A program made the translations under genes and the position numbers. Under the pieces are notes generated by a model. It was not told where the DNA came from, searched no databases, and worked only from the letters and a program-made list of their open reading frames with translations. Shown piece after piece: positions 1 through 10,716 of a stretch of DNA of 64,000 bases. The stretch spans positions 32,001 to 96,000 of the IMG/VR virus record IMGVR_UViG_2816332320_000003. One strand, 5' to 3'. Within the stretch, counting starts at the first letter, position 1. Each line of letters starts with the position of its first letter. Source of the DNA: a virus. Lineage: Duplodnaviria; Caudoviricetes.

Positions 1-580
1 CCAAATTCATCTTTTTCGTACCTTTTTGCGTAGACACTACCTTTATAGACTAATGATTCAGTAAACCCTTTCGGTGTTATGGTCTTTGTGAAAGAATTCA
101 TATCTCTATCCTCCATTTTTCAAAATGTGCGTTATCGATTTACGTTAAACTTTTTTATAATTTTATTTTTAATCACTTCAAGTAAACCTTTGTTCGATAC
201 ATTCTTCAAGGTAGCAGCCTGTTTTCGTCTTCTTGCCTCTCCCATTAGATAACCTCCCTCAATTTATAACCCTATGAAATTTGAGTTTTATTTAGTCTTA
301 TATTCAGGAAGTACAGTTTTCAAAGTCTCAATTATGTATCTCACTGGATCATTTGTACTTCGGATATGTGTGTCGATTTCTCTCAATGCTTCAAGATATC
401 TATTCTTATCATTGTGTAATTCATCTAAATAATCATCACCTTTAAGCTTTGAAGGTAAAGTAAATGACCAGCATTCACCACTGAAGATTTGACCACCCGC
501 CCTCCATCCAATAAAATCAACTCCCTTCCTTAAAAAATTTGGGTTTGATCGAGAAAGCCTTGAATAGTAAGTTTAAGTTA

Positions 581-817
581 TTAACCTTCTATTTCGGTAA
601 ATGGATTTACTTGGTCAATACAATCTTGAATATTCTCATACCATTTACCATCATTCAAACCCTTACTGTATTCAAAATAATCCCTGATCGATTCATAGCC
701 ATCATTCAAATCTCCATTTTCCCACGTAACATCTTGCAGCCAGTCCAGTTCTATCATTACGACTTCATCATAGTCATCTCTTTTAAAAACTACTGTATTT
801 TGTTTTGTGAGTTTCAT
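581..817 (-). CDS. Hypothetical phage protein
   Basis: 78-aa acidic ORF with GAGGTG RBS. Confidence 0.7.
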   Translation of the reverse strand: MKLTKQNTVVFKRDDYDEVVMIELDWLQDVTWENGDLNDGYESIRDYFEYSKGLNDGKWYENIQDCIDQVNPFTEIEG

Positions 818-854
818 TCAATTCACCTCAATTATTTTGTTTAAAACATCTCTT

Positions 855-1436
855 TTATTCGATTTGCTCCCAATGCATGATATTGGACAATCTATTCCAT
901 TTTTTATTGTGTTTTTCTTTCATATAGAAGCACAGCCAGACCATTTCAAGTGAATCTGTAAATAAGTTATACTCAGCCACAGTTTCAATGTAATCTATAA
1001 ATGCTTTAATTTTACTTTTGTATGTTAAACCAATTAAGAACATATCTAGATACTGATCCTGTCGGGGCAACCACACTTTCTCTGCTGTAGAACCACATTC
1101 ATGTTTGTGTTTATAGATACCTGAGAAACCATCCTTCGTCATGACATGGCAGGACGTACTATTTATCACATTCCCTAACCCTAGAACACTACTATGTCCT
1201 CCATAGAACCAATGGGTACCACCGATTGATTCACTGTAATCATATTTACCTGAAATCACAAATGTGTTTGCCATCTTAGCACAATCTAAACACATTTGTG
1301 ATTCGCTACAACTACCTTCTTCACAGTAACTCGATCTAGTTGAGATGTAATCGCCAACCTGCACTCTCCATATATTTTGTAATTCTACTGCCTTTTGACA
1401 CATCACTCTGTAGTATGGTGAAACATCCATTTGCAC
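855..1436 (-). CDS. Hypothetical phage protein (WLPRQDQ motif)
   Basis: 193 aa with GGAGGTG RBS; stop codon lies inside the 841-858 repeat arm. Confidence 0.75.
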   Translation of the reverse strand: MQMDVSPYYRVMCQKAVELQNIWRVQVGDYISTRSSYCEEGSCSESQMCLDCAKMANTFVISGKYDYSESIGGTHWFYGGHSSVLGLGNVINSTSCHVMTKDGFSGIYKHKHECGSTAEKVWLPRQDQYLDMFLIGLTYKSKIKAFIDYIETVAEYNLFTDSLEMVWLCFYMKEKHNKKWNRLSNIMHWEQIE

Positions 1437-1444
1437 ACCTCCTT

Positions 1445-1684
1445 TTAGTCAAGTTTTCTTTTATTAAGTTTATCTTTTAACCATAGAACACCTATAGACC
1501 CAATCGCCAACGATATAATCAAAATCATCAGAAACGCAACTACGTTTATGTGACCATATCCAGTAAAGTAAGATATTACTCCACTGACTGTCATAATGAC
1601 CAAGGAAAAGATAACACTGTCTAGCTTAAACAGTTCCTTTAGATCTTTTCTGGAAAGTTTCCAGCTTGATTTCCGAACTGACAA
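1445..1684 (-). CDS. Small membrane protein (2 TM)
   Basis: Two hydrophobic stretches. Confidence 0.7.
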   Translation of the reverse strand: MSVRKSSWKLSRKDLKELFKLDSVIFSLVIMTVSGVISYFTGYGHINVVAFLMILIISLAIGSIGVLWLKDKLNKRKLD

Positions 1685-1936
1685 GTTATCACCTTCTTAT
1701 GTAATCTCACTCAAGTGAGTAAGCTTAGCTCACTTTCTCCAATTCAAACCAGACACCGATGCCTGATTCTTGATTTACTTTTTCAGCAACCATATAAGCC
1801 TCTGCATGGTCTTTGAATAGTGCTGGTTCATTTGACCTTGGCTGTGTTAAATACCCCACAAAGTTTTGTCCTGCATATGCTTTAATTTTATACAACGAAC
1901 TCATCTCCTTTAATATTTTTATTTTAAAGATTCAAT

Positions 1937-2536
1937 TTATCCTAATTTCTCAAGACTCTCTTTCAGTTGCTTGATCCATTTGTTGCGTTCAGTAGTTCGT
2001 TTGACTTCCTCATTCCATGCATTTGTATGATAATCAATATCTTTCTTGGTGTTTTCAATTTTACTGTTTAACCACTCTTCAGGACTTTGCTTAATAGGAT
2101 CAGGTAATATATAACCACAATCCCATTTAATGCTATCCTTTAATTGTGTTATACAAAATTCTTTTAGACCATCATGTTTGGTTGAAGGAGGTTGCCATGC
2201 TTTCACTTTTGTAAGCATATCTGTGTATTTCTTATTTAAAATATCTTTTTCATGTCTCTGCTTTCTTTTTTGTTCTAGAGTCATTTGGTGCTCTTCTTCA
2301 GCTTTCAGTTTCGCTTCATCTAGTGACATGCTCAGTAATTCATTTAGTCTTTCTCTGGCTTCTTCAAGTCTTTCTTTGTTGTATGTACTAGGTTGAAATT
2401 CATCAGGAACTTTTTTGTCGAGTGGTTCGTCTCTAACCATAATGTATGCACCAAAAGCTCTGGCGCATGTTGAAATAAATTCTTCTACTGAAACGTTTTC
2501 GCCTTCATAAAGTCTACTTGTATATCCTGTTGGCAT
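1937..2536 (-). CDS. Conserved phage coiled-coil hypothetical protein (MPTGYT start)
   Basis: 199 aa with strong RBS; N-terminus resembles a common phage family. Confidence 0.8.
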   Translation of the reverse strand: MPTGYTSRLYEGENVSVEEFISTCARAFGAYIMVRDEPLDKKVPDEFQPSTYNKERLEEARERLNELLSMSLDEAKLKAEEEHQMTLEQKRKQRHEKDILNKKYTDMLTKVKAWQPPSTKHDGLKEFCITQLKDSIKWDCGYILPDPIKQSPEEWLNSKIENTKKDIDYHTNAWNEEVKRTTERNKWIKQLKESLEKLG

Positions 2537-2985
2537 TCAATTTCCTCCTTATATTTTTTATATGAAATATCCATTTGATTGAAATACTATAGCTTCTTAA
2601 TTCGATGATACAGATCTTCAAATATTTCTTTCTCTATGTTATTGAAACTTGTAGAATTAACAATCAGATCCATCAAACCTGTACCAAGTAACTCTTTCTC
2701 TAAATCAGAAAGCACCATTTCCACTTGATCGACTCCCTTCAAAACTTAATGAAATACCTTTTTTATCGAGTCATCATTCGATGATTTCTTGAGATGTTCT
2801 GCATTGCTGCTAGTAGTGTATCTTTAAAATCTGGCTGCTGATCACGCTTCTTTGTGTTTGTGTAATATGTATTGGCTTTCCGTTCATGTGAATATTCTGA
2901 GGCTACCACTCTCATCTTTGTTACTCCTTTCAGTTATTTTTGTTAGTCTTAATTTATCATATATTTTTAGTTATTACAACCGTTT

Positions 2986-4716
2986 TTACTCTTTATTTTC
3001 CGATTTTTTCTTTGATTTTCTATTTGATATCCCCAAGAAATCATTCAAACGCTTCCTAGCTACATCAATATAGTATTGTCTGTCAAGATAATCAGGTACA
3101 CTTTCACCAAGTATGACCTCATTATTAATAAAGCACTTCTCTGGAGTGTTAGCAATCTTCTCGATCCGTTCTTCTGTCTTAACCTTGAAAACACCATTTG
3201 CGTCTTCTTGATTAGAAGCAAAGACGCGCAATACCTTTTCAGGTAATTTTTCTTCACCATGTAGTGCATGTTTATACTTACTTGATACCTTTACTACCTT
3301 TTGGAACTCTCTCAATTCATTACATGAATTGATTGTATCTTCAATTTCAATACCCTTGGTAAAGTAATCAATCAGGGCTTTGTTTACAATGGGCAGATCA
3401 TAATCAAGGTTATTTAACTTTTTAACATATGCGCCTTTTGATTTGAACTTCCCATTTTTATCAATGATAATGTAGTTGTTTACATCTTTCTGATAAATTT
3501 TGTCAAACACTTCCCATTCTAACTCTAAACGAGTACGCTGCTCCCATTCTTTTGCTACTTCTTTAATGACTTCAATATCTTCTTCTTTATTTACTTTCAT
3601 AAAGATACCATCAGTATTCGATTGAATTAATTTTCCGTATGGTTCAATTTTCTCGATTAAGTCAAGCAACAACAATTGACCAGCTACACAAACATTATTA
3701 GCCATTAATGGGTCATATAATGCATTGAATTGATCCTTCATCGCTCCATATGTAGAGTTCAAAACGATTTTATAAGGTGCTTGTTTGGGATCTTTCTTAC
3801 GTTTAAGATCCAATCGAGTGTCCCTAATTTCGGTGTACTTGAGTGGTTCTTTTACGTTTCTACTAATGAAACCATATTCTATCATAATGGAAGGATATAG
3901 ACTGGCTACATCGCAACACAGAATAATACCTTCATCCTTGTATTTTGGAATAGCCCCGTGAATTCCTCCCCAAGCGAAAATATGTGGAACTTCAGCCACT
4001 TCAATCTTTAGACTCTTCTTATAATCCATATTTTCTTCATTTTTATACCAATCAACAATGTGCTTGTACTTATCTATTTTCAACGTATCTGGTAATATCA
4101 ATTTAAATTCATCTTCTCGATCAGGTTGTTTTTCCGCATCAAGAATGTGAGCTGATAATTGTGCTTTTGTTTTGTTAAATAGTGACATGTTCAAATTAAA
4201 CGCATCAATCAATGCCAGTTGACTATCGAATTCCTCTTGTCTGTTATCAAAAACCTCAATTGTCTGAAGAACATCATACTTACAATATTTCACAACCTCT
4301 TCAATTTCTTCCTTTGTCAAGGGGCGATCTAAATCGAAACTCACAGATGATTCTTTAATTTTACTCCCCATAAACCCCTCAAGCTGCTTCAAACTATGGA
4401 AACCAGTTGTAATGTCAAAATTGTTAAAGGGAATCGTGTACGCTTTTTTTACTATGTTATGACCTTTAATTCCTTCTTGAATGAGTTTATTACTGACAAA
4501 GTAAGGATCATATCCAAGCAACAATCCCTTAAATATGTATTGGTCATACTGTCTACTGTTGTATCCAATGAAAACATCATACTTAAAATACTCATAGAAT
4601 CTTCTTAACATATCAACATCATTGATAATTAGCTTTCCCTTTTTACTTTCATAATCAACTAATACCACTAACCATAGATGCTTATAGACCTCGAAATCAT
4701 AGAATATTTTTCTCAT
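2986..4716 (-). CDS. Phage DNA polymerase, family B, with 3'-5' exonuclease
   Basis: Exo motifs YDFEV, GYNSRQYD and YCKYDV; polymerase motifs DVASLYPS, KIVLNSTYG and SNTDG. Confidence 0.92.
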   Translation of the reverse strand: MRKIFYDFEVYKHLWLVVLVDYESKKGKLIINDVDMLRRFYEYFKYDVFIGYNSRQYDQYIFKGLLLGYDPYFVSNKLIQEGIKGHNIVKKAYTIPFNNFDITTGFHSLKQLEGFMGSKIKESSVSFDLDRPLTKEEIEEVVKYCKYDVLQTIEVFDNRQEEFDSQLALIDAFNLNMSLFNKTKAQLSAHILDAEKQPDREDEFKLILPDTLKIDKYKHIVDWYKNEENMDYKKSLKIEVAEVPHIFAWGGIHGAIPKYKDEGIILCCDVASLYPSIMIEYGFISRNVKEPLKYTEIRDTRLDLKRKKDPKQAPYKIVLNSTYGAMKDQFNALYDPLMANNVCVAGQLLLLDLIEKIEPYGKLIQSNTDGIFMKVNKEEDIEVIKEVAKEWEQRTRLELEWEVFDKIYQKDVNNYIIIDKNGKFKSKGAYVKKLNNLDYDLPIVNKALIDYFTKGIEIEDTINSCNELREFQKVVKVSSKYKHALHGEEKLPEKVLRVFASNQEDANGVFKVKTEERIEKIANTPEKCFINNEVILGESVPDYLDRQYYIDVARKRLNDFLGISNRKSKKKSENKE

Positions 4717-5371
4717 CTTCGATATACCTCTTATTGATAAATTTTTTATTCAAAGGCTCAGTTAGAGCAGCTTGTTCACTCCATCCTCTTTGTAATCTAC
4801 TTTGAACTGTTTGATAATTTACTTTGAATACTTCGCACCATTCGACTAATGTTTTTGTAATACCATCAATCTCAACAGTACGATTACTTCTTCTATTGAT
4901 ACTTTGTTCTTTAATTGTACTCCATTTGCAATTTAACGGTTCATAATTACCATTTACATTTAACCTGTCGATTGTCAGTCCATCAGAATAACCATTTTCA
5001 ATCGCCTAATTATAAAATATGAGAAAGCCATCTTCCTGTAACCACACTTTGCAAATTTTTATTCCCCTACCACCGTAAGAATGATAATGCGTTGCGTTTG
5101 GGTTGTAACATCTTGTAATCATATTATGATAAATACTGTATAACCTGCTACTTTTCATACCATGTGTTGTGTTTTCTTTAATCCTCAATTCACTCTTATA
5201 ACATCCACATGAATTTACTTTACCACTTCTCAAATCTCCACCTGTTATTTCTTTTAAGTTACCGCATTCACACTGACAAAGGAACAAAACCGCTCCTCTT
5301 TTTCTTCCAACTTCTTTTGTTACGGTTAACCGTCCGTAGACATTTCCAACTTCATTTTTAGGTCTTACCAA
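4697..5371 (-). pseudogene. HNH homing endonuclease interrupted by an in-frame TAG
   Basis: YGGRGIKIC...FYN*AIENGYSDGLTIDRLNVNGNYEPLNCKW continues in frame to TGA at 4697; the TAG at 5006-5008 sits where the family has Trp. Confidence 0.85.
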
Positions 5372-5382
5372 GTAAACACATC

Positions 5383-6453
5383 CTAGCTAAATAAGTCGAA
5401 ACCATCTTTCTTCGTTTTCTTATCGAATTTATTAGCATTCTCATCCAAATATTGTTTGTAATACTTACACGTTTTCCTATGTCCACAAAGAACACTACAG
5501 TAAAAAGAGTTTTTACTATCTATCTCAACAGCAATCCATTCACTTTCTTCCTCAATATTTTTACTTTCAATTTCTTTTATCGTATCAATTATGTATTCTT
5601 TGAATTCGTTGATCCTTTCTTCAGTAATTTCATACTCAACAATACAATCTTCCAACCAATACTTACCACGAACCTCATTTGGTAAACAATTTATATTGTT
5701 ATCCTGCACTGCCTTATCGAGTAAAAGTTCAATCTCAAACGTTTCCATTTGTAACTTCAACAAGTCTTTTTCTAACGAATCTCTCATTTCTTTCACCCAC
5801 TTACCTCTGTTGCACATCTTTTTCTTAACCTTGCTTTTGCCATTTGAGCATACATATATGTATTTGATCATAAACCATGCTACTTTATTTACTTTAAAGT
5901 TTGACGTACTTTCCAATCCAACCTTATACATCAGTAATTGTCTACCAGCCTCAGTTAATTTTTTTCCTGTAAATTTGCTCGATGTCTTCCAGTCAAGAAT
6001 ATCAATGTACGGTTTACCTAGTTCACTTGGAGAAATTGAATCAATATATCCCTGCATCCAAATCCCATCAGATATTTCAAATATAATATGTTTCTCAAGC
6101 AGCATCTTTTTATCCATCTTTTTAAAATTCTCATAGAAATGATTCACATCAGCAACCCAACTAGCCTTAATCTTATCATTTGGGAAGTTGATTCCAAGAA
6201 GTTCAAGTTCAGTGAGTTTGTTATAGTATTTATTTTTAAATGTATCTTCATTTTGTTCTCCAGAATATATTAATTCAATTCCATTGTGAATAGTCGAACC
6301 TAATAATGTATAGCAATTCTCTATCCCTTTATTTTTTAATATATATGTATTGTAATACTCATACTGGCAATTATTGAATGTACCTAGTTTAGAGAATGAG
6401 TAAACTTTAAAACCTTTAGCAATTAGATCTTCTACTGTAACAACTGTCAACAT
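5383..6453 (-). CDS. PD-(D/E)XK (RecB/Cas4-like) nuclease
   Basis: SFSKL..F..C N-terminus, GYID, ILDWKTS and QLLMY motifs, C-terminal C-x3-C-x5-C cluster; start moved to the RBS-preceded Met. Confidence 0.85.
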   Translation of the reverse strand: MLTVVTVEDLIAKGFKVYSFSKLGTFNNCQYEYYNTYILKNKGIENCYTLLGSTIHNGIELIYSGEQNEDTFKNKYYNKLTELELLGINFPNDKIKASWVADVNHFYENFKKMDKKMLLEKHIIFEISDGIWMQGYIDSISPSELGKPYIDILDWKTSSKFTGKKLTEAGRQLLMYKVGLESTSNFKVNKVAWFMIKYIYVCSNGKSKVKKKMCNRGKWVKEMRDSLEKDLLKLQMETFEIELLLDKAVQDNNINCLPNEVRGKYWLEDCIVEYEITEERINEFKEYIIDTIKEIESKNIEEESEWIAVEIDSKNSFYCSVLCGHRKTCKYYKQYLDENANKFDKKTKKDGFDLFS

Positions 6454-6464
6454 ATCCTCTCCCT

Positions 6465-7484
6465 TTAAATCCATCTTGTACAGTTCTTGATTAATAACTT
6501 TAATGTATTAACATCTACATCAGCAGGAGCTAGTTTGCTTTCCTTTGGTAAATACATGTTGTTTGAGTCGTAAATATAACCAACTTGATTTCTGTAGAAC
6601 CTATCTGATTTCAGTTTTACGGCTAATTCATAGCTCTGCTCTTCGTCTAATCCTTCATCTAACATGATTATTGCCTTTTGTGGAAACATTGCTTTTATGT
6701 GATTGGATTGTAATTCACTCAAGTTGCACCCACCTAATCCAATACCAACATTCAACCCTTTACTAGCAAGTAATAGAGTATGTTTTTCAGATTCACCAAT
6801 CAAGACAATTCCTTTTTCTTGTATTGATTGGTAATTAGCAGCATATCCATATAACGTTTTTGACTTTGGAAATGGGATAACTGGATACCATTTCGATTCA
6901 TCTGGATGTGTATTTCTCCTATTTAACCTTCCCATGACCCCACATAATCTTCCATCAAAACTATACCATGGAACTGTTATTCTGCATGATAGACTATCAT
7001 AACCAATCTTAAATTTCTCTTGTATTTGCGGTAAAATACCATCCTCATAAAATAACATGTTTGGTAGTATCTCAAACTGATCAAGTATTTCGTCAGTGTA
7101 TGTTTCAATATCTAAAGCATTGTCATTTTTCATTCTAGATATTTTTTTATAATATCCACCAAACGGCAATGTAATTTTACTTTCTGGTATATCAGTATTC
7201 TTGTATTGAACAATATCGGCAATATAATTTAAGGTTTTAGTAAAAGATAAACCTGATTTTCCCTGAATAAGTGTAATTAGATCGCCCTTCAGATTGGATG
7301 AAAATATACTGGAGGACAAATTCTTTATGTTCACCTTAACTGCTGTTGGATTACTGTCTGTATCTTTCGCACATCTGTATTCATCGTTATGACGTTTTAT
7401 CTTATGAAATCCTGATTTTTCAAGAATCAACTCAATTAGTTCTGGATTACCAATGATGTAATTTTTAAGTCCAAACACATCCAT
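6465..7484 (-). CDS. DNA primase (TOPRIM; SPbeta YorJ-like)
   Basis: RITVPW, GVMGR, LYGY, IGESEK and MLDEGLD motifs; directly after the helicase. Confidence 0.85.
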   Translation of the reverse strand: MDVFGLKNYIIGNPELIELILEKSGFHKIKRHNDEYRCAKDTDSNPTAVKVNIKNLSSSIFSSNLKGDLITLIQGKSGLSFTKTLNYIADIVQYKNTDIPESKITLPFGGYYKKISRMKNDNALDIETYTDEILDQFEILPNMLFYEDGILPQIQEKFKIGYDSLSCRITVPWYSFDGRLCGVMGRLNRRNTHPDESKWYPVIPFPKSKTLYGYAANYQSIQEKGIVLIGESEKHTLLLASKGLNVGIGLGGCNLSELQSNHIKAMFPQKAIIMLDEGLDEEQSYELAVKLKSDRFYRNQVGYIYDSNNMYLPKESKLAPADVDVNTLKLLIKNCTRWI

Positions 7485-7492
7485 ACAATCGC

Positions 7493-8962
7493 CTACCTTT
7501 GATGCTTCGGTGTACAGTAACCCAACTCAATCCATTTATTCCATGATCCATCGAATTGATACAACAGCACATTCTCACCTTCATCATTTCTCGTTTTGTC
7601 CAAGAAAATGAGCCTATACTTTTTCTCAGGATTTAATAAAATCTCTTCTTTGATTTTTGTAAACTTACCATTTGAATCTTTCTTAAATCTGTATGGTTTA
7701 ATATCATACTTTTCATTTGGCATTTCATCATCCCAAACCGATCTTGTCAATACGAGTTCTGAGACCACTTCTTTAACACCTTTTGCATTTGACAAGCACG
7801 ATGCAGTTAAGTATCTAGTATTTTCCATGTAAATAGCAAGTTGCATGGTGATAATAATTCCAACATTCTCTTTTTCTGCAACTTGTAGTAGTTGCTTCGA
7901 TGCTTCGATGAGTTCACCTGTCACTGTTGTAGAAGCAGCATCTTCAGCTTTGAAGGTATCGTACAGCGCATATCCAAATCCCTGTTTAGCCATTTTTCTA
8001 ATGATCTTCTTCACATCTTCGATACTGTAATCATAGATCTTTGCAAATTTCAATCTGCCTTTGTAATGCTTATTATAGTATTCCTTAGCTTCTTTCATTT
8101 TTTGAAGTTGTTCGTCATTCATGTTTCCCATTTTTTGCTTTTTACGTGGAAGTCCAAAATACTCTAACTTATGACTAAGAATCGTTGCCATTAGAATATG
8201 CTGCCATGCTTTTTTATTCATCTCATTCGCAATGATTACCACGCTCTCCCCCTGATCTAAGATGGGGAGTATGTATGAATTAATACAAAAACTTGTCTTC
8301 CCTATTCCAGAGAAACCAGCAAAGATTTTTACATTTGATTTATGAAGTCCCAATGTATGAAAGTTCAATAATGGACACGCACTAGCATAACTCAATCCCA
8401 TTTCTTCACCAGCATTGCACGAATTGATGAAATCATCATCAATATCTAAATCTTCGATCTTAACGCCAGCACCTCTACTCAGAAAGATGTTATCTAACTG
8501 ATATTCAAAATAATTGTACAACTGTACACTCGTCATCTTTTTAAACTTATCCAACTCAGTAATAACATTAAAACCTTTATCAGTGAGTTTAAGTAACATA
8601 TTATTCTTAACTAGTTCATCGTAATAACGGTCAACGTTCTCTTCGTTTAGGATGCGTTTAATCTCATCAACAGTCCTGTAACCGCCCCGTCTCTCAAAAC
8701 CATTTTTCAATGTCTCTTTATCTTCCACATAACTGTAAATACTTGCATCATCAAAGCTTTTATAACCTAGTTTGTACATTTCATATCCAAGTGAAAAGTA
8801 AAAACGACCATCTTCAGTTAACAAGTCTCTGTCTGCCCTGACTTCTTTTTCATAATCAGCGTATAAATCTGGATTTTTCCATAAACAAAATATAAAGTTT
8901 GCTTCAATCATTTCTCTATTTTGAACTAACTTGTTGTCATAGTTATCCAATGAATGCATCAC
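7493..8962 (-). CDS. Replicative DnaB-like helicase (SPbeta YorI-like)
   Basis: Walker A AGFSGIGKTS, IIANEM, YDTFK, TMQL and DKTR motifs. Confidence 0.9.
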   Translation of the reverse strand: MMHSLDNYDNKLVQNREMIEANFIFCLWKNPDLYADYEKEVRADRDLLTEDGRFYFSLGYEMYKLGYKSFDDASIYSYVEDKETLKNGFERRGGYRTVDEIKRILNEENVDRYYDELVKNNMLLKLTDKGFNVITELDKFKKMTSVQLYNYFEYQLDNIFLSRGAGVKIEDLDIDDDFINSCNAGEEMGLSYASACPLLNFHTLGLHKSNVKIFAGFSGIGKTSFCINSYILPILDQGESVVIIANEMNKKAWQHILMATILSHKLEYFGLPRKKQKMGNMNDEQLQKMKEAKEYYNKHYKGRLKFAKIYDYSIEDVKKIIRKMAKQGFGYALYDTFKAEDAASTTVTGELIEASKQLLQVAEKENVGIIITMQLAIYMENTRYLTASCLSNAKGVKEVVSELVLTRSVWDDEMPNEKYDIKPYRFKKDSNGKFTKIKEEILLNPEKKYRLIFLDKTRNDEGENVLLYQFDGSWNKWIELGYCTPKHQR

Positions 8963-9492
8963 ATGTCCTCCTCATCTAGGAAGTCTAGAATTCCAGTATT
9001 GTCTTTTTTATTTGTTACTACGTCATCAATACCGTTAATCAATAAATCAATGGAAGAGGAATCTTGTTTTGTTTCTAGTTTCACACGATGCTTCCATTTG
9101 TTAAATACATCATTGATCCTACTCTCAATGATCCTCATTACATAACTAACCATTCCATACTCATTTTTGAATTGTTTATTTTTAGTCCAATACTGGATAT
9201 CATCCTTACAAGTAATGAAGCATTCATGTATGACTTCGTAGTTATAGAATTGGTTTAGTGTATTGATTTTCTTAATCAGAACTGGAGGAATGATTTGTCC
9301 TTCTTCATATTGAAACACTTCCAATGCTATGTATTTAAACAAAGTCTCTTTGCTAAATTTATTGATCATGAAAGCATCATACTCATCTTGACTACAATAG
9401 TACTTTTTCTTTCCTTTCTCATCAGCAACACAATAGTATAAGTCAGTGGTTCCCTTCTTATTACAAATCTTACAAACACATTTTCTCCCCAT
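8959..9492 (-). CDS. SPbeta YorH-like protein (CxxC...YYCS), possible helicase loader
   Basis: Cys motif, and position between the AAA ATPase and the helicase. Confidence 0.65.
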   Translation of the reverse strand: MGRKCVCKICNKKGTTDLYYCVADEKGKKKYYCSQDEYDAFMINKFSKETLFKYIALEVFQYEEGQIIPPVLIKKINTLNQFYNYEVIHECFITCKDDIQYWTKNKQFKNEYGMVSYVMRIIESRINDVFNKWKHRVKLETKQDSSSIDLLINGIDDVVTNKKDNTGILDFLDEEDM

Positions 9493-9555
9493 TCATTCAC
9501 CTTCAATATATTTAATAAAGGGGAATGAATACTTCCACTCCCCCTTGTGTAATAT

Positions 9556-10674
9556 TTATTTCAAAAGGTTAACTATTTTTCTCAGTGCTACTGTTGGAGT
9601 TTCTTCTGTATCCTTCAATGATGTAAATTGATATTCACTCATAATTTCTTTAATTTTTAATTTAATTTCATCTGATGCACTGTTAAATTTGTTTTTAATC
9701 TCGTCTGTCAGTTTTTCATTCTCAACAACATCAACAAAGTTGATCAGGGCTTTTTTACTTGCAATTTCAATTTCTTGCTCTTTGGTCTTCTTTTGTTCGA
9801 TACGCACTTCTTCAATACTCGAAGTGTTACCTTTTTGCTGATCAAATGCTTTTTTGATCGCATCTTCAATCGCATTGATGAATGAGTCTGTTTCCAACGG
9901 AGCTGAAGGAATGATATCTGAGAATCTGGATTTAGAATCAATGTTAAAATTATCATCACGGAAAGTAATTATACGAGATTCATCGACCACAGAACCAACC
10001 TTCTTAGCTGTTCCAACTTTCTGTTTAACTGTTACTTGCTCAATTTGTCTGTTAATGGATGCAACACCAAGGACATGAAGTTTAGTTTTGATTGCGTTGA
10101 AGTAACGGTGTGACATATTCGTTGTGAGCATGTCGTATTCTAGACCAGTCACAACATCTGTCATGGTACGTTTCTTCGTATGTCCGAGAACAAACATTGA
10201 AACACCTACTTTTTTCAATGCCCAAATCTTATCGAGAATCAGTTCAATTACTTTATCTTCACCAGCCATAAATCCACCGAAGGCAGCTTTGATTGATTTC
10301 GTTTTCTTATCTGGATATTCTTTATTATGTAGACGAATTACTTCAGGTTCAGTAATCTTAACCAATTCATCAAAAGTATCGTAAACAAGAACTTTCAAAT
10401 CTTTATAATCTGTATTCCGATGTGCAATGATATCATTTGTAATTTCATCAAATGTTGACCAATCTGGAACGTTTTCATATGTTGCATTCGGGATGGCATC
10501 GATACCATCCTCTTTTCCGATATTCAGAATCATGTAACCATCTTCACCAACAAGTTTTTCACAAACTTCTTTGGAGAGGGTTGTTTTACCAATGCCAGAT
10601 TCTCCAATTAAACCCAAGTTATATTCAAGTGGATTAACTTTGATTATATTCTTCTTACCAAATTTCTTAGCCAA
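9556..10674 (-). CDS. AAA/P-loop ATPase (SPbeta YorG-like, Sak4-type)
   Basis: GESGIGKTT, VYDTFD, AFGGF and LGH motifs. Confidence 0.85.
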   Translation of the reverse strand: MAKKFGKKNIIKVNPLEYNLGLIGESGIGKTTLSKEVCEKLVGEDGYMILNIGKEDGIDAIPNATYENVPDWSTFDEITNDIIAHRNTDYKDLKVLVYDTFDELVKITEPEVIRLHNKEYPDKKTKSIKAAFGGFMAGEDKVIELILDKIWALKKVGVSMFVLGHTKKRTMTDVVTGLEYDMLTTNMSHRYFNAIKTKLHVLGVASINRQIEQVTVKQKVGTAKKVGSVVDESRIITFRDDNFNIDSKSRFSDIIPSAPLETDSFINAIEDAIKKAFDQQKGNTSSIEEVRIEQKKTKEQEIEIASKKALINFVDVVENEKLTDEIKNKFNSASDEIKLKIKEIMSEYQFTSLKDTEETPTVALRKIVNLLK

Positions 10675-10716
10675 TCAGAAACAACTCCTATGTATTTTTT
10701 AAATTTAATTCTTTAA

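Larger units (their letters stand above)
274..2766. repeat. Dispersed 18-bp palindrome ATNAAA-N6-TTTNAT, left cluster
   Basis: Copies at 274-291 ATGAAA-TTTGAG-TTTTAT, 841-858, 1923-1940, 2562-2579 and 2749-2766, all at gene junctions. Confidence 0.85.

Noticed and set aside
5006-5008. Stop-codon reassignment (TAG readthrough)
   Set aside because: TAG ends intact neighbouring genes normally (5383, 7493), so a single nonsense change is simpler
4697-5383. Group I intron or intein around the HNH gene
   Set aside because: The flanking nuclease and polymerase genes are each complete, and there is no non-coding room for a ribozyme
5383-6453. CRISPR-associated cas4 locus
   Set aside because: No cas1/cas2 or array; it sits in the replication operon as a stand-alone nuclease
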